Below, piece after piece: positions 39,286 to 53,192 of a stretch of 64,000 bases of DNA. Numbering within the stretch: the stretch's first letter is position 1; every line of letters begins with the position of its first letter. This DNA comes from Azolla caroliniana (Eukaryota; Plantae; Polypodiophyta). The translations under genes and the position numbers were made by a program. The notes under the pieces are model-generated. The model was not told the origin of the DNA. It was given only the letters and a program-made list of their open reading frames with translations, and made no database searches. Location: positions 1,054,001 to 1,118,000 of the forward strand of contig JBHGNT010000018.1 of the NCBI GenBank assembly GCA_043228905.1. Reading direction: 5' to 3'.

Positions 39286-42197
39286 GAGCCCGATTACTGT
39301 AAATGGCTTGTAATCTTCACACTTCTCGATCTCTTCCATTATCTCTGCATAGATTTCAACCTCATTCTTTGCACACAGTGGTAAGTAATGATCTAGCTGT
39401 TTGTTATTCTTTCGTCTTATGTCTTTTGTTTTCGTCATCGGAGTGTTGAAGAAAAACCTTCCGTTTGAGTATTTACAACAGAAAAAAGCCTAATATGAAA
39501 CCTGACATTGCGTCACAGGAAATCCTCAACTGTAAAGTTTCAGCACCAGAAAAACCTAAACTGTAAGAAATTTATTACAGGAAATGGTATCCTGTAAAAG
39601 TTTTCAATTACAGGAAACCATGAACCCAAAGCATGACTATAGTTTGTTTTGAAGAAAGCCTAGTTTTGATATATGCGAGCAACTGATTTCTAGTCTGAAA
39701 CAAAGTATAAAATTGTTTTGATATAGGCGAACAAGGTGATTTCTAGTCTGAATCATGTGCTCCTATAAATAGAATTTTTTAAGATGCAGCTTTTACCAGA
39801 TTCCGAAAATGTAAAGCATTTTGAAATTTCCTTAAAAATTGAGTGACATTTTGGTACTTATGGCATCGGTGAAGTGGCATTTAGAGAATTATAGCCTAGC
39901 TTAAGTGACATTTTGATAATTTGCCATATTCTGGGCAAAACTCTTCATTTCATGTGCACTTTGTAAAGATTCATTGCTTTTGCAGTGTCACCATAAACTT
40001 GAATGAAATGTAACTTTTGCAGAACTCTTCATGTTATGGTGCACTTTGTAAAGGTGGAGTGTACTTTTAGACTTATCATCTCTTTGGATTTAATTCATAT
40101 CCAGGGCAAAACCCTTCATGTTGTGTGCAAGAAGCGTGATAAAGGTGATCGAGATCGAGAAAGAGATAGAGTAGACTTTTGCACTTATCATGTGACATTG
40201 ATAACACCACCACCAAAAAATCTTGGAATTCATTGCTTGGAAAAGGTGAAATAATATAAGGGAAAACCCCTAAAAGACCCCTAACATTTTTGAATATTTA
40301 CTAGAATGCCATAAGAGTTCTCCAGAGTATCCTTCTGATATAGTCAGTGTTTGTATACTATATGGGGGTATTCTGGTAAGGTTTGAAAACTTAGGGTTAT
40401 TCTGATAAATATTCAAGTATTTTGATGTCTTTGCTAAGAATACTTAGGGTCGAAAGATTTCCATGCTTTTAATGTTTAGTGGGCATCTTTTTTTATTGAT
40501 GATCTTTTGGTGTGTAGAACACACAATGTGGGGAGACTGTAACAGTTAAAGGTGAGCCTTACATTGTCTGTGGTGTCACTTATCGATACCAGTTAAAAAG
40601 AGGTAAATATGAGCCATGCCAATCACGGCTTGATGTATTATCATCAGGAAGGTACCTTGTAAATCTCTATTTGGAGAACTTGTTGGAAAATTCATGAAAG
40701 CTTTTCTACATCAAATCTACTCGAGTTGGTGTTTGCAGAAGGCACTCATTTACTTCTATATGAAATTTTACATATAGACCGCCAATTTGTTTTTCTTCAC
40801 GAATGTGTAAGCCCTCTCTTTTTAACATGGCGAATGTCATGGAGAGACTTGTATACATAGTATTATTTCTTCCGAGTCTAATGTTACCTCAAGGATGAAA
40901 ACTTTCTCCCATTTCCTATAAACTAACCAACAAAAAGCCTTGTCAGCAATTTCTTTGCATATGATCTGTGAACAAAACAAACAAAAAATGTTTCTGAGTA
41001 CAAGTAGTTTTATACAACTGGCCACAAAATAATAACCAACTAATAGGAATGAGAGCTTGTGAAGATATATGAGTCCCATTTCTCAAATGCTTCTTTTAAT
41101 GTTCTTAGATATTCTGTTTGTAAATGTATGGTCTTCAATAATCCACTTCATTCAATTTATGGTAGTCTAATTCCAATATTGGAACTCTTATTGTGGCAAA
41201 CCTTAAGAAGTGTTTTTATACTTTAAATGGATTTGTTACGGAAGATGTCAATAGGACTGTGCAATGATGGTCCATCATGTATTTTTTCTATAATGATTTT
41301 CAATTTCTAATTCCCTTTATTTTTTGAAAAAGAAGAAGTGAACTTGTATGAAAATATGTACAATGGGATGAGAACTTACCTAGTGATAGTTTACTAGACT
41401 TCTACCAATACAGGTTGTTGGGTTAAAGGTTTGGCGACCAAAAATATTATTGGACATTGTTAATCAAAACAATTGAATTTTAACTATGGGTGTGTTGTTA
41501 AAATTATATTATGATTACATTCTACATTAATCTTCAATAGATGTGCAACTCATGTCCAATAGGAAGGGGTTCTAAGCTACCCTAACTAAGTAGGGTGTTT
41601 AGATATGAATTTCATTCAAAACTTGGGCGATAAGAGAGGATGCTTTAAACTTGGGACTCCAATCAAACTATGAGTAGTAGGAAACTTTGTGAAAGCATCA
41701 TATGATAAAGTCAACGGGATACCCTCTAGCTTTTTTGAGTTTGAAGAATATAAGCATGTACAATAAGTATAGCCTTCAAAATGATAGGCATCATATATTT
41801 TATGATTAAGCAATGGTGTCTTGATTTTAATTGATCTTAAAAACATGGTTTTTAAAGCCAAAAATGGAAAACGATTGTCATTAAGGAAGATTGAACGACA
41901 ATAATGAAACTACAACCATTACGCATACTATAAGAATGATTTACATATTTAGGTAGTTAGCAATTGGATTCACTATGGAAGACAACAAGGATGAAACTAC
42001 CCCAACTATCAACCATCCACTTGGCACATAACCCATCCAATACAGGCCCAAGGGACTGTTGGATACCAAGTGAAAGGATCTCAATAAGAACAAATGAGAG
42101 GAGAAACAAGTGAGGCATCAGACACCACATACGATGCAAATAGAATGGCGCTGGCACAACAAACACAATACAATACATTTATATTACTGGTGGGAAA

Positions 42198-42575
42198 TCA
42201 GCAATGGTTCGAACCAAACCACAAAACCGAGGTTTAACAACTTAACGGTGTCAACGGTTCGGTTCAATTCGGTTTCAACAATCAAAAACCGCAATTTAAA
42301 CAGTTAAACGGTTAAATTTTATTTTTTTTTATAATTTTTTCAAAAATGATTTTTAACAATCTTTCCATTTTTACACCTTATTCTCACATTTTAGGAACAT
42401 ATTAAAAATTTTAAAATTCTAAATAATGAAATATTATAAATTTTAAAAAATTAAAAATTAAAAATTAGACCTATGTTGTAAACCGAAACCGAACCACGAA
42501 ACCATGGTTTTACGGTTTGAAAAATATATAACGGTCCGGTTTGGACCCTCTCAAACTGAACCGAACCGTTGCCGA
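42198..42575. mobile_element. MITE-like element with ~13-bp imperfect terminal inverted repeats, AACCG-rich subtermini and an AT-rich core
   Basis: Left TCAGCAATGGTTC versus the reverse complement of right GAACCGTTGCCGA (TCGGCAACGGTTC): two transitions. No clear TSD. Confidence 0.55.
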
Positions 42576-43545
42576 CTGTTATTTTCCGGTGCTAACAAAA
42601 AGTGATTGGCACGTGAAATGACCAGCATGTCACCATATCTGTCCCAGATATATACTAACTGAAAAGAAATTAAATTTACATAATATAGGATCAGTTAATG
42701 TCATGTAGTAACCAAGCATTCTCCAAATAGTAATTTTCCAGAGATGTTATGACACAACAGCATATTATATATTGGGGTAGTATTCTATTATTATATATTT
42801 TCAAACAGCAGGCACATCTGCGTATGAGACATCAATATCTCCTATACATTAAAAATCCTGAGACTCATTTGGTGATCTTGGAAATGCAGAACTTTCAACT
42901 CCCTAACCACCCTGCCAAAGAGGCATTTAGATATTCTCAACATCTAGGAGGATCTTGCACAACCAACTGATTCAAAATTTCACCTACAACTATTGAATCA
43001 TTGCTTCTATACAGATCTTCTAAGAGAAGTTCTACCTTTAACATCCATTCAATATTTAGCAATGTCAACATTATCATCACGACTTGTTATTTCTCAACCA
43101 ACCTGCATAGTTAACATAGTTGAGCACGGCATATATCCTAGCCAGTCTATTTGAAAATGGAGCTATCTTTCCTTCATATATTGACACACATAATCAGAAG
43201 TTACAATCAATATCAATCATATAATCCCAATTCCCGTTCTAAGAAGTTATTCTTCAATTAAATATTGACAACGTCTAAGAATCAACTGGCATTAATAAAA
43301 AGATATACAGCCCGCATTTCTGATTATTGACCAAATACAAAGAGATCCATTTGCAGTTGCAAATGCAAGAAAAACCACCATAAATATCATATAAAAGAAC
43401 TACATGCACTTCGTCTGACTAAATTGTACAGCTTGCCTGCTTTATATATAGTAGATACAATGCAATCACACTCGTCAAGACAACCGTTATTAAACCCACT
43501 TGACCTTAATTTTCTGATGCTTTCAACAAATGCCCACTTTATCTT

Positions 43546-46500
43546 TTACTCCAGCTCTTTCAAAAAATCTTTGTTGTCAACAAAAACCTGATATATCCAA
43601 AATCCTTGAATTAGATCATGTCTAAAAGGTGAAATCTGATGGAAGTTGGACTTTCAAATTTATTGCAGTCAGCCTCAAAAATAGTTTTTGAGGCTACAAT
43701 CCACTTATGTTACAAAAACTCTTAAATCCAATCTCCACTACATCCTGAGTCCACATCAGGGCATGATTAAAATTCAATTAAAAAGAAACTAAAACTAAAC
43801 CAACTCAACAAGCTTGTGAATACATGATTATGTACAGGATGTATCAAAGATCACAGCAACTAATAAATCTTATTTGTTTTAGACTTTGATCTTTTTGACT
43901 TGTTGAGTTTGTATAGAACTTCCTTTTGTAAAAAGACTCAGATGCATGTTTAGAAGTGGGGAACAATTGAATCAAAGGTAAATCTTAACAAAAAAAACAA
44001 TCATGGGATATGATGCATTTAGAGCGGAAGGACCCCTAATGAGCCAAGCTACAAGAAAAGTATATTGTTCTAAAATGATTAAGACGACTTTCTTATCCAG
44101 AGATATTACTAAAATCTTAATCAAGAGAAAATATTGTACAAAAGATGATTATGACAACTTCCTCATCAACACAAATTACTAACCGTTTTCCATCCATCTG
44201 GATCAAGGCATGCAAAAATCTTGGTATTGATTCCTGGCAGTGGTCCAGGCTCTCGAGTTATCTTCCCTCCTGCTGCTCGGACAGCCTCGGCTGTTTTGTA
44301 TACATCATCAGTTCCAAGGGCAACCTACAGTCATTCCAATGAAAAACAATATTGGCGGATAGAAAAATACCTAATGAAAGGAATAGTGTTCAAAGCTTAC
44401 TTTTGTCATGCTGAAAACAATGATGCAAATATTTTGTCATACCTGCGCATAAGCATTGCCCTTCTCATACTGGGTTACTCCGTAGTTATAGGTTAATTCC
44501 ATAACTGTGGACTTGTCTTCTGGACCATAGCCTAGCATTGCTATAGTATACTGAAAAAGAAGACAAAAAACACAAACTATAGTATCAGTATCAGATCTTT
44601 AGGAACAGTTATATTTCGCAGAAGAAACGATAATGTTGATAGCATATAGATTGCATTGATAAAAGAGAAATCAAACTTTCACCTTAAAAAATGGACGACA
44701 ATATAGCATTAGTCAAGTCTTTAGATTTTATTCAAACATAATCACAGTATCATTGTTGGGTGTAAAGGTTAAAAAACTCTCCATTTGAACATTTACAAAG
44801 GCCCTTTCACACTATCGCTCTCTTCAGAGCTTCTAGGACATATTTAAGTCACTTGACCAATGTGAATTGGCTCACGTTCCCTAAAACCATATTCTATTAA
44901 AACAATATATTTTTCCCCCTAAAAAATATTATTTTTGGGCTCTAAAAACCTATGTTATTATGTCCTCCCTCTCCTTTTCTCTGCATCTAAACCATTCTCT
45001 CTCCTGTCACTCCTACTCCAAGTCCACCATTACACATGTGGTACCAAAACAAACCTCGTGACCTATTTTCAATCGCCACATATTAAACTTACCAATGTAG
45101 TTATTGTTTTACATCTACTTTATGTATAATTTCATTAAGAAGTAGCAAATAGCCCTAGTAAAATTTGCACCTTGTATTCAGGCTTATCGATTGTTCGGAG
45201 AAGCTGCATTCCGTAAGCCTATATAGATAGAAACAATGAACAATGGCACTGAGATCATTGCATATTCCAGTTTAAAATATTCCTAATTTCTGACAAAATT
45301 CCCCAAATACCATTCATGTCTCACAAATTTCTCCAAATACCCTTCATTTTTCAAAATTTCAAAATACTCTTCAATATTCTCTCCATTTCCCTCTACGATT
45401 TCTAGAAAGATAATTTGTAGTGGGAAGAGTATTTTGAGAGTTTTGAAAATAGAAGGGATGTTTTGTGGAAAAATGAGTGATATTTTGGTACATTTCCCAG
45501 TTTTTAAAAGCTCAAATAAATGTGCAAGAAACGCATTACATTTTCATAAAATTTGATCGATTGATCAAGATCCCCAACTCTTAACATGACTTGGCAAAGA
45601 GGCTCTGGAGTGGGTCCCCTTTGAATCAGTTCGAATTTGTAGCCATCTGGGTCATCAATGAAAGCAATAATAGTACTACTTCCTCCTTTGACAGGACCTG
45701 GTTCTCTGGAAACCTTTCCCCCCTTGGCTTTAATAAGCTCTACTGTTTTATATACCTGCAGGTTATTATGAAAGCATTCTTACTATTTTTATAAGAGTTC
45801 AACAGAATCTCAAGCAGAAAATATTTTGTTAGTTCTATAAAAAGCACAAAGAAACTGATATGAAATCCTGAATAGAAATCTTGTCGTGCAAATATTTACA
45901 TCTTGGAATTCACAAATAACATCTAATGCTTTATAAGAATGGAATAGAAACCCTGAAAATAAACGTTCTCATATGAATACAGCTATCATATTTTTGACTT
46001 ACATCTTCTACTGCAATCCCAAAATGACCAAAACCTGACCCCAGGTTATACTTGTCAACACCATAGTCTGAAACACCATATGCAAAATAACAGATAAGAT
46101 AATGCCCATGAAAAAATACCAAGTAAACAAAAAGTAAGAACAAAGTAAAGGCATACTGTAAGTCAACTCCACAACAAAATGTGAGTCCTCTGGACCATAT
46201 CCTAGGAAAGCATTTGTGTATCTTTCATCTGGTATATCCCGTTTACGTAAGAGTTTCATACCCAGGCATTCTGTGTAAAACCTGTAACATGGTATACAGA
46301 ATCCCATTTTCAAAATCCTTAAAAATTCCTGATCAAAACGAAGTCAAAAGCTGAGCCACAAATTTGAAACCTACTTGATAGTCTTCTCTAGATCTCCAAC
46401 TCTATACACCACATGAAGAAATCTTCTACTATCAGTTTTTGCCCATTCCAAAATACTCTCATCACTTGCAGCAGATTCTGTGCCAGCAGCACTGGCCATT

Positions 46501-47220
46501 GTACAGATAGGACGGAAACTCTTCAACTGCTGCTGAAGACTGAGTCCTGCAGTGGCTCACATTAGCAAAATCTAAATGATTGGAAGCCAGTTCAAATCAG
46601 GACGATTAACATCCATAGAGTGCATCAATCTTGAAGAACACAAGTTCATTTTTCTACCTGCCTCCTATATTTTTCCAAAGGCTCTTGGTGAATCCCCAAA
46701 AGAATAAGTTTATCCACTGTTTGAGCACTTATAGCTCGATTGATCCTCTCTTTTTTATCTTTGGGGGATTGTACAAGGGTGTTTGAGGAAATCGTAAAAA
46801 CTCAGGGATATTACACATCATCATCATGCATGTTAAACCATTACTGACAGAAACAGCAGCATAAATCATACGTCATTCATCATCATCATACCTTGTCATC
46901 ATACATTGTCATCATCACACACATCATCATCATCATCATCATCATCATGCATGTTAAACCATAGTATGAACAATACATAGCATACGTACATTCGCATTCG
47001 TGAATGTTTCAATCATTCAAGTATGGTAAATACCATACATTTTTTAAGGTAAGCCAGTTAAGATAAAAAGTGTTAAAAATTTTTTTGGAATGATTTGATA
47101 ACATACGCATTCGTTTTCACGCGTATGAAAAAGAATTTTTGCTAATGCAATCGAGTATATTACGTACTATGTGTTAAACCATTACTGACAGAAACAGCAT
47201 GGTCATGGTCATGGTCATGG

Positions 47221-47257
<37 letters not shown>

Positions 47258-47708
47258 TACCACCATCACCATCACCATCACCATCACCACCATCATCATC
47301 ATCATCATCATTACCACCACCACCATCACCATCATAATCAGTTAAAACCATCAGGCATCATGCAAAAATGAAAGCATCGGAACCAATGGATGAAACAGGG
47401 AGAAAAAAAAAAACCAGGGCAGGCGAGAGAACTACCATCACCACAACAAAGACAGCAGCAGCAGCAGCAGCAACAACAAAGACAACAAAGACAACAAAGA
47501 CAACAAGAAATAGAAGGGAAGAGAAGAGCTTACCTGGAGGTGATGGAACAATGGAATACCTCGGACTGCGGGAACAGGAAGGAGTGGAAGAGGGACGAAG
47601 GAAGGGTCGAGGTCGAGCGGAGAAGAGCGCGAGGGATATGGTGCGGGAAGAGGAAGCGAGGTGAGAGAAAGCAGAGGAGGAGGAAGAGGAAGAGGAAAGA
47701 GAGGCCAT
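43546..47708 (-). CDS. GLX1: Lactoylglutathione lyase (two-domain, Ni-type glyoxalase I) with plastid transit peptide; exons 47708-47534, 46546-46375, 46281-46157, 46067-46003, 45755-45540, 45218-45171, 44550-44443, 44324-44184, 43587-43546
   Basis: [92 protein letters not shown] and [20 protein letters not shown]-stop; all introns GT-AG and in phase. Confidence 0.96.
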
Positions 47709-48019
47709 GATGGGGTCTCAAAATGTACACATACAAAAAAACCCACACACACACACACACATACAAAAAAAAAACAGAGTATTACATATTTACATAGGTA
47801 CTACTTAACACTCTTAGGCCACCACAACACAATTATGTATACATACATACACACACACACACAACTCATCGAGTTCTCTCTCTCAAGTGTCTAAGTGCTC
47901 ATCTCGTGTCCACGATCACCCCTAAGTGTCGTGTTGTTTTGTGCCGACCCTATTATCTCTCACAATCTCGTCCATATGTATCGTTACACCCACCCCCCCC
48001 CTCCCATTCATTGAGAGTC

Positions 48020-49385
48020 CATATGGATATTTGTTTCGTTTGGACTTCGTTTACGGATCTGCCACCTTCCATGGCTTTTGATGCCATTCTCATAGTAGTA
48101 GATCGTTTTGCGAAGATGCCACGTTTTCTTCCACGCACGAAGGCCGTTACTAGCCAAGAGACATTCGATTTACTCGTGCGCGAGGTGTTTCCGGCACCAT
48201 GGTCTTCCAGATGATATTCTCAGTGATCGCGGTCCCCGGTTCATCTCGAAACTTTTAGAGGCACGTGTTCAAACTCTTACATACTTCTTGCAAACGCTCT
48301 TCTGGCTACCATCTAGAAACTAACGGGCAAAGTGAGTGCATCAAACAAACATTGGAGCAATATCTTCGTTGTTTTGTCAGCTATTAACAAGACGATTGGG
48401 TTGATCTATTACATTTGGTGGAATTTTCTTACCACAACTCAGAACATTCTTCTACTAGATATTCACCATTTTTTGCAAACATTGGGTACCATCCTCATTG
48501 GTCGATGATTAACCATCCGGAACTACCGACAAAACCGACTGCTGAAGATCAACTCATTCGCCTCTGAGAAATTCCAGGTATCCTTTCGCCACAATTTTAT
48601 GTGATGCTCAACACACTCAAAACAAGGTCGTCGACCGTCATCAACGTGATTTATTGACTAAGTTTCAAGTGGGAGCTTGATTATGACTCTTAGAAGGTAA
48701 CATTAAAACCACGAGATCTTGCTACAAACTAGATTATCAATGTTATGTGATCTTTGGTAAGATCAATGATGTGGCATTTTGCCTTGATCTTCCTCCTCAT
48801 ATGCGTACTCACTCGGTCAAGTTCCTTGTTTCAATTTTGGAGCCCTACACAACAAGCTCTATTTCGGGTCGTGTTACATCTCCCACACCTCCAGCCGAAG
48901 ATTCAAATGGCTCTAAATATGAAGTTGTTGTCATTCTTGACTCCAAGGTTGCCTGCAACAAACTATATTATTTGGTTGACTCGTCAAGTTATACACCTAA
49001 TGATCAAACATGGGAGCCTACTGAGAATCTTGTTAATGCCTCTACATTTCACAACAAATATCCCCATTAGCCAAGTCCGAAATCTTGTCTTCCGACTCAC
49101 GGAACTCGTCGTCGAAAAAAAGAGATTATGTCATACATTTTGGCTTACAAGGATTTGAACCTACAACTTCTTGGTTTATGTGTCAAACCTTTAACCCTTA
49201 TAACAACATATACAATCACGTATAATTATATCATATTATTAGTTATTATAAGATATTTAGAGTATTCTCGAACATGAGCCTAGAATATTCCATGATCATC
49301 TTAAATATCATAAATATCTAAAATACTCCTAAGAACATTCGAGAATACTCTATAAGGACCTTCAAAAACAAAACTCCTTCCATTA
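48020..49385 (+). mobile_element. Decayed chromovirus-type Ty3/Gypsy: integrase core, chromodomain and probable 3' LTR remnant starting TGTCATAC at 49128
   Basis: Frameshifted fragments FTDLPPSMAFDAILIVVDRFAKM, HHGLPDDILSDRGPRFISK and YEVVVILDSK..KLYYLV..YTPNDQTWEPTENL; purine run GAAAAAAAGAG just before 49128. Confidence 0.85.
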
Positions 49386-49419
49386 GTTATAAAATTTTAT
49401 AGATGAGTGTGTTATATAC

Positions 49420-50925
49420 AAATCCCTATAGGGATGCGATAGTTCCATCTTACATGGATGCCCACTGACTCAGGAAACGGAGAGGACGACCATTGTTGAA
49501 TGAAGGCTAGTCGTTGTCTTTCAACTCCATCGGAGCTGCCCACGAGGCCATCGTATTGGCTCTTTAGAGTGGCTACAACTTCACTTCATATCTCTTGCAT
49601 TAACATTATTGGATGCATTGTTTGACCGTTGGAGAACACCCGTCTACACCATTGTTCCCATAGAATCCAAAGAGTTAAATTGGCCTGACCAATTCCAACA
49701 CAACTTGAGATTTGGTAGTAATAGGAGTTGAGTGGATATTGTCGATGGTGGAAAAAAAAACCTCGTGCTTTTATCACCAAAGTCATCCCCTCCTCCCAAT
49801 GCTCGTAATTGTCAATTGGGGCCTATCGTGATAACCAACATACATTTCCCCACTTGATTGTGCCTTGCACCTGGCATGATTGCAATAGGTGGCCAAACCT
49901 TCGCCATATTCGATAGGTCTCGAGGCATTCCCACATAGCATGTCAGATTGATTTTGTTGCATTTGGGAAAGCTACACAATTAGGAGAGCTAAGGTTCCCA
50001 TGCTGCCACGCTCCAACCAGTAGTGCCTTATGTATTAATAACCATTGGAACGTGATAATTCGTGTTGAGAATCAAGCTCAACTTGGTTTAGTGTGTGAAC
50101 TCACCTTGAGAGTGAATAGACACTCCAATGGTCAAGAGTCACCATTATGTCACCACTTTGTATTCTAGCATTTAGTATGAGTCATAGAATTATATTCTAT
50201 GACACATAACTTATGAGCTTTCACATTCCCCATGCTCCATGAGTCTTGTAGTTAATGAAGAGAGAGGGTGACTATATAAAGCACCCTCCTCCCACCTTGT
50301 ACATGTTGAGTCTTTCTCCTTTGTTAATATATTTTTACCTTGTGTATACTCTGTGCCTTACTCCTTGTCTCTCTCACACACTCTCTCACTCTCTCTCATA
50401 CACACACAGTTCACATCTATTTCGCTTCACAAGAATCCATCTCTTGATTCTTTACAATTCGCAACCCGTGATGTTGTTTCCATATTTTCTGCCAAACCTT
50501 GGTGATAATTGTGTGAGGAACATGATATCTGTGCTAGACCTTTGCAACAACTAGCTCTTAGGCAGTTTGAGCGGCTAGAATGTAGCAACCCAATCTAGTG
50601 GTGAATTGGAAGAAAGGGATGACTTTGCTTCCTTGACCCGCATAAGGATCACACCACATCCATTGCAAAGGGTCCCAATTGACCTTTCGTAGCCATGTCT
50701 TCTCACGAGTACATATGTGCCATTCTGGTTGTACTTTGATCAGATCGGAATCTATAATCCATTTATGACCAGTATATGCGAGCACTCGAATTGTTGTATT
50801 CAATGTTAATGCCTCATTGTCTCACAATTCATGGCCTTTGATCTTGCCTAGTGGTTCCCTAACTCTTGGGATCAAAGAGCCCTCTTCCTCGTAGCCTATC
50901 CACTTCTCCATTGTCGTCCTTCCAT
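49420..50925 (-). mobile_element. Decayed L1-type LINE ORF2 3' fragment interrupted by an insertion at 50148-50549
   Basis: Hand translation near 50060-49890 gives RIITFQWLLIHKALLVG..C..SI*HAMWECLETYRIWRR (zf-RVT); LWILWEQWCRRVF lies in ORF 49586-49786; ORF 50558-50803 appears to be the upstream continuation. Confidence 0.65.
50148..50549 (+). mobile_element. Probable solo LTR (~400 bp)
   Basis: TGTCA...CAACA termini, CTATATAAAG TATA box at ~50272 followed by a CT-rich leader; splits the LINE remnant. TSD imperfect (ATTA/ACTA). Confidence 0.5.
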
Positions 50926-50929
50926 TAGT

Positions 50930-52281
50930 GAAAGGAATACTTTAATAAACCATTAGGAAAACAATACCATCTTCTTAGACTCCAAAAGTAACAACCCCAA
51001 AGAACTACTCTAATCTCAATGATACTAGTTCATAATAGTCTTTCCTTCTTCTTTCTTTCTTCTACCAAGAGACTCCTCTCAAGTCTTCTAGCCTTCTTAT
51101 TCCTCCTACCCCCTTCTTGTACATATTCTATTCTTCCTCCGTCTCCCCCCTTTTTTTCTAAGAATACCCTCCTATTTATAGGTTTTTGGTTGCGTTATTC
51201 TTGTTTTCCCTTTTTCTTTTCTTTTTACATATCCTCGAGTTTATGTGAGACGTTTTTTTATATCACTATTTCTGCTTCGTCATCCCAAATTTATCATACA
51301 AGAAAGATCTCTTCGTCAACTTTCTTATGAATATTTTCTGTGGAAATTTGGACTTAATCCTGCTTTGAAACGGTCCATATTAAACCATTCACACTCCGTT
51401 CCACCACGTAGTCTAGAGGCCAATAAATTCCCTCTCATAATCGATATACTCCATTGTTGATGACATTCGTAAACGAAAGAGTTCCTCTCGCACTTCCATC
51501 ACATTTCAACATCAAATATACTTAGCTTTAAATTGTTTCACCAATAGTTGGTAATTCACTTGTTGGGTTGGTAGCAAGGACGCATACCAATCCCTTGCTC
51601 GTCCATAAAAAGTGGCCACCAATAGATGAAGCTTCTCAAAATCTGTCATATTCCCTATTGATACTGCATGATGTTCGAAGGTGGCCAAGAAAGCTTTGAC
51701 ATCTTGGATCCCATCACCTACAAAAGCAAATTGAAAAGCCATATTGGCTTCCAATGATACAGAAAGAATCTACCCTCCGTGGGGTACGGAAAGAATTGAC
51801 CCTCCCTAGAGCGCCAAAATGATGAGGAGAGATAGAAAAACGATGGAGAAGGGAAGAGGAAGAGAAAAGAATACTTCAATATACTATTAGGAAAACAATA
51901 CAATCTTCTTGGACTCTAAAAATAACAATTACCCCACCAAAGAACTACGTTAATCTTAATGTCCCTAGTTGATAATAGTCTTTCCTTCTTCTCTCTTTCT
52001 TCTATTAAGACTCCTTTCACTTCTTCTAGCCTTCTTATTCTTCCTTCCTCCTTCTCCTTCTTTCTTCTTCCACCACCTTCTTCCTTCTTCCTCCTCCTTC
52101 TCCTTTGCTAAGAAAGCCCTCCTATTTATAGGTTTTTAGTTGTGTTATTCTTGTTTTTTTCTTTTCTTTTCTTTTTACATATCCTCGAGTTTATGTGAGG
52201 CGTTTTATTATATCATTATTTTTGCTTTGTCATCCCAAATTTTAATAAAAGAAATCTCTCTTTGTTATCTTTCTTATGAAT
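50930..52281 (-). mobile_element. Internally deleted LTR element: two ~420-bp diverged direct repeats (50930-51351, 51864-52281) around a PBS and a gag N-terminal fragment
   Basis: The repeats align by eye and each has CCTATAAATAGG on -. LTR end ..TCATCA at 51820 is followed by PBS-like TGGCGCTCTAGGGAGGG (51816-51800). ORF 51512-51754 FLATFE...GRARDWY..L...YQLLVKQFKAKY is retrotransposon gag-like. Confidence 0.72.
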
Positions 52282-53192
52282 CTTTTCTTTTGAAATTTGG
52301 ATATGAGAGGAAGAAGTTATGAGCTTTTTTATCTGCCTTGCTATTTTTGCATTTTCTTTTTCTTTTTTCTGCTTTTTCTACGTTTGAAAAACGCCTCTAA
52401 CTTTATATCCATCAAGTTCCTTCCTCCGTTAATACTTGATCCTTTCATATTGTGCTTTATTCTTATACACCTTAACATCCAATGTATTTGCCAAGGTCTT
52501 TTCTTATGAGCAAAAATTGACTTCACAATTAGCAACTTCCCTAAGCAATAGAGCGTTAATGATTTCAGATCTCATAGTCCACCCGCCCATGATTCCATGA
52601 AGTATGTTGGCTTGATCTTGTATTGGCAATGGCATAAACCGTTGTCGTGGAGAAAACCGTCCCTAGGAGGAATCGATGGATAGTGTGCGTTGTTCGAGGT
52701 ATTCCTCGCAGATGCGTGGAATGAGGCGGGACCTCGGGGGTCCTGTACCGAAGAGCAAGAGAGAAAGGAGAAGAGACCCACTACGTGCGAGCGTAGATTC
52801 ACAGGGACACGGCCCTTCGACACAAAGACGCGAGTGGGACAGCGACACAGAGAGACACAAATGTATGTATGTATTAACAAAGACAAAACAACAAAAAGCA
52901 CAAAGTCGGTTACAACCAAACAGGCCGGCGAACAGATGCCGATGCCTGTTCGCAAACGCTCAGAAAGGAAGGAGTAGGTTGGAGGTGCTGCCAGAAGCAC
53001 TCGGGCATTCCTCAGAGCAGCGCGAGCCTCACGAAACCTGCACAGAAAGAAGCTACGGAGAGTATGGAAGAGAGAGAAGCCTTCGACCGACAGCCCGACA
53101 GCACTTCGTCCTCTCTGATTCTGCGATCCCCCCCCTCTTCCTCGTCTCCCTCCTTTTTATAGGCAAGAAGGGAGCCGTTTCCTATTAACTTC

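Noticed and set aside
5747-47708. Functional detoxification gene cluster (ALKBH1, VOC protein, glyoxalase I)
   Set aside because: The genes are interspersed with unrelated housekeeping genes, and there is no evidence of co-regulation or conserved linkage from sequence alone.
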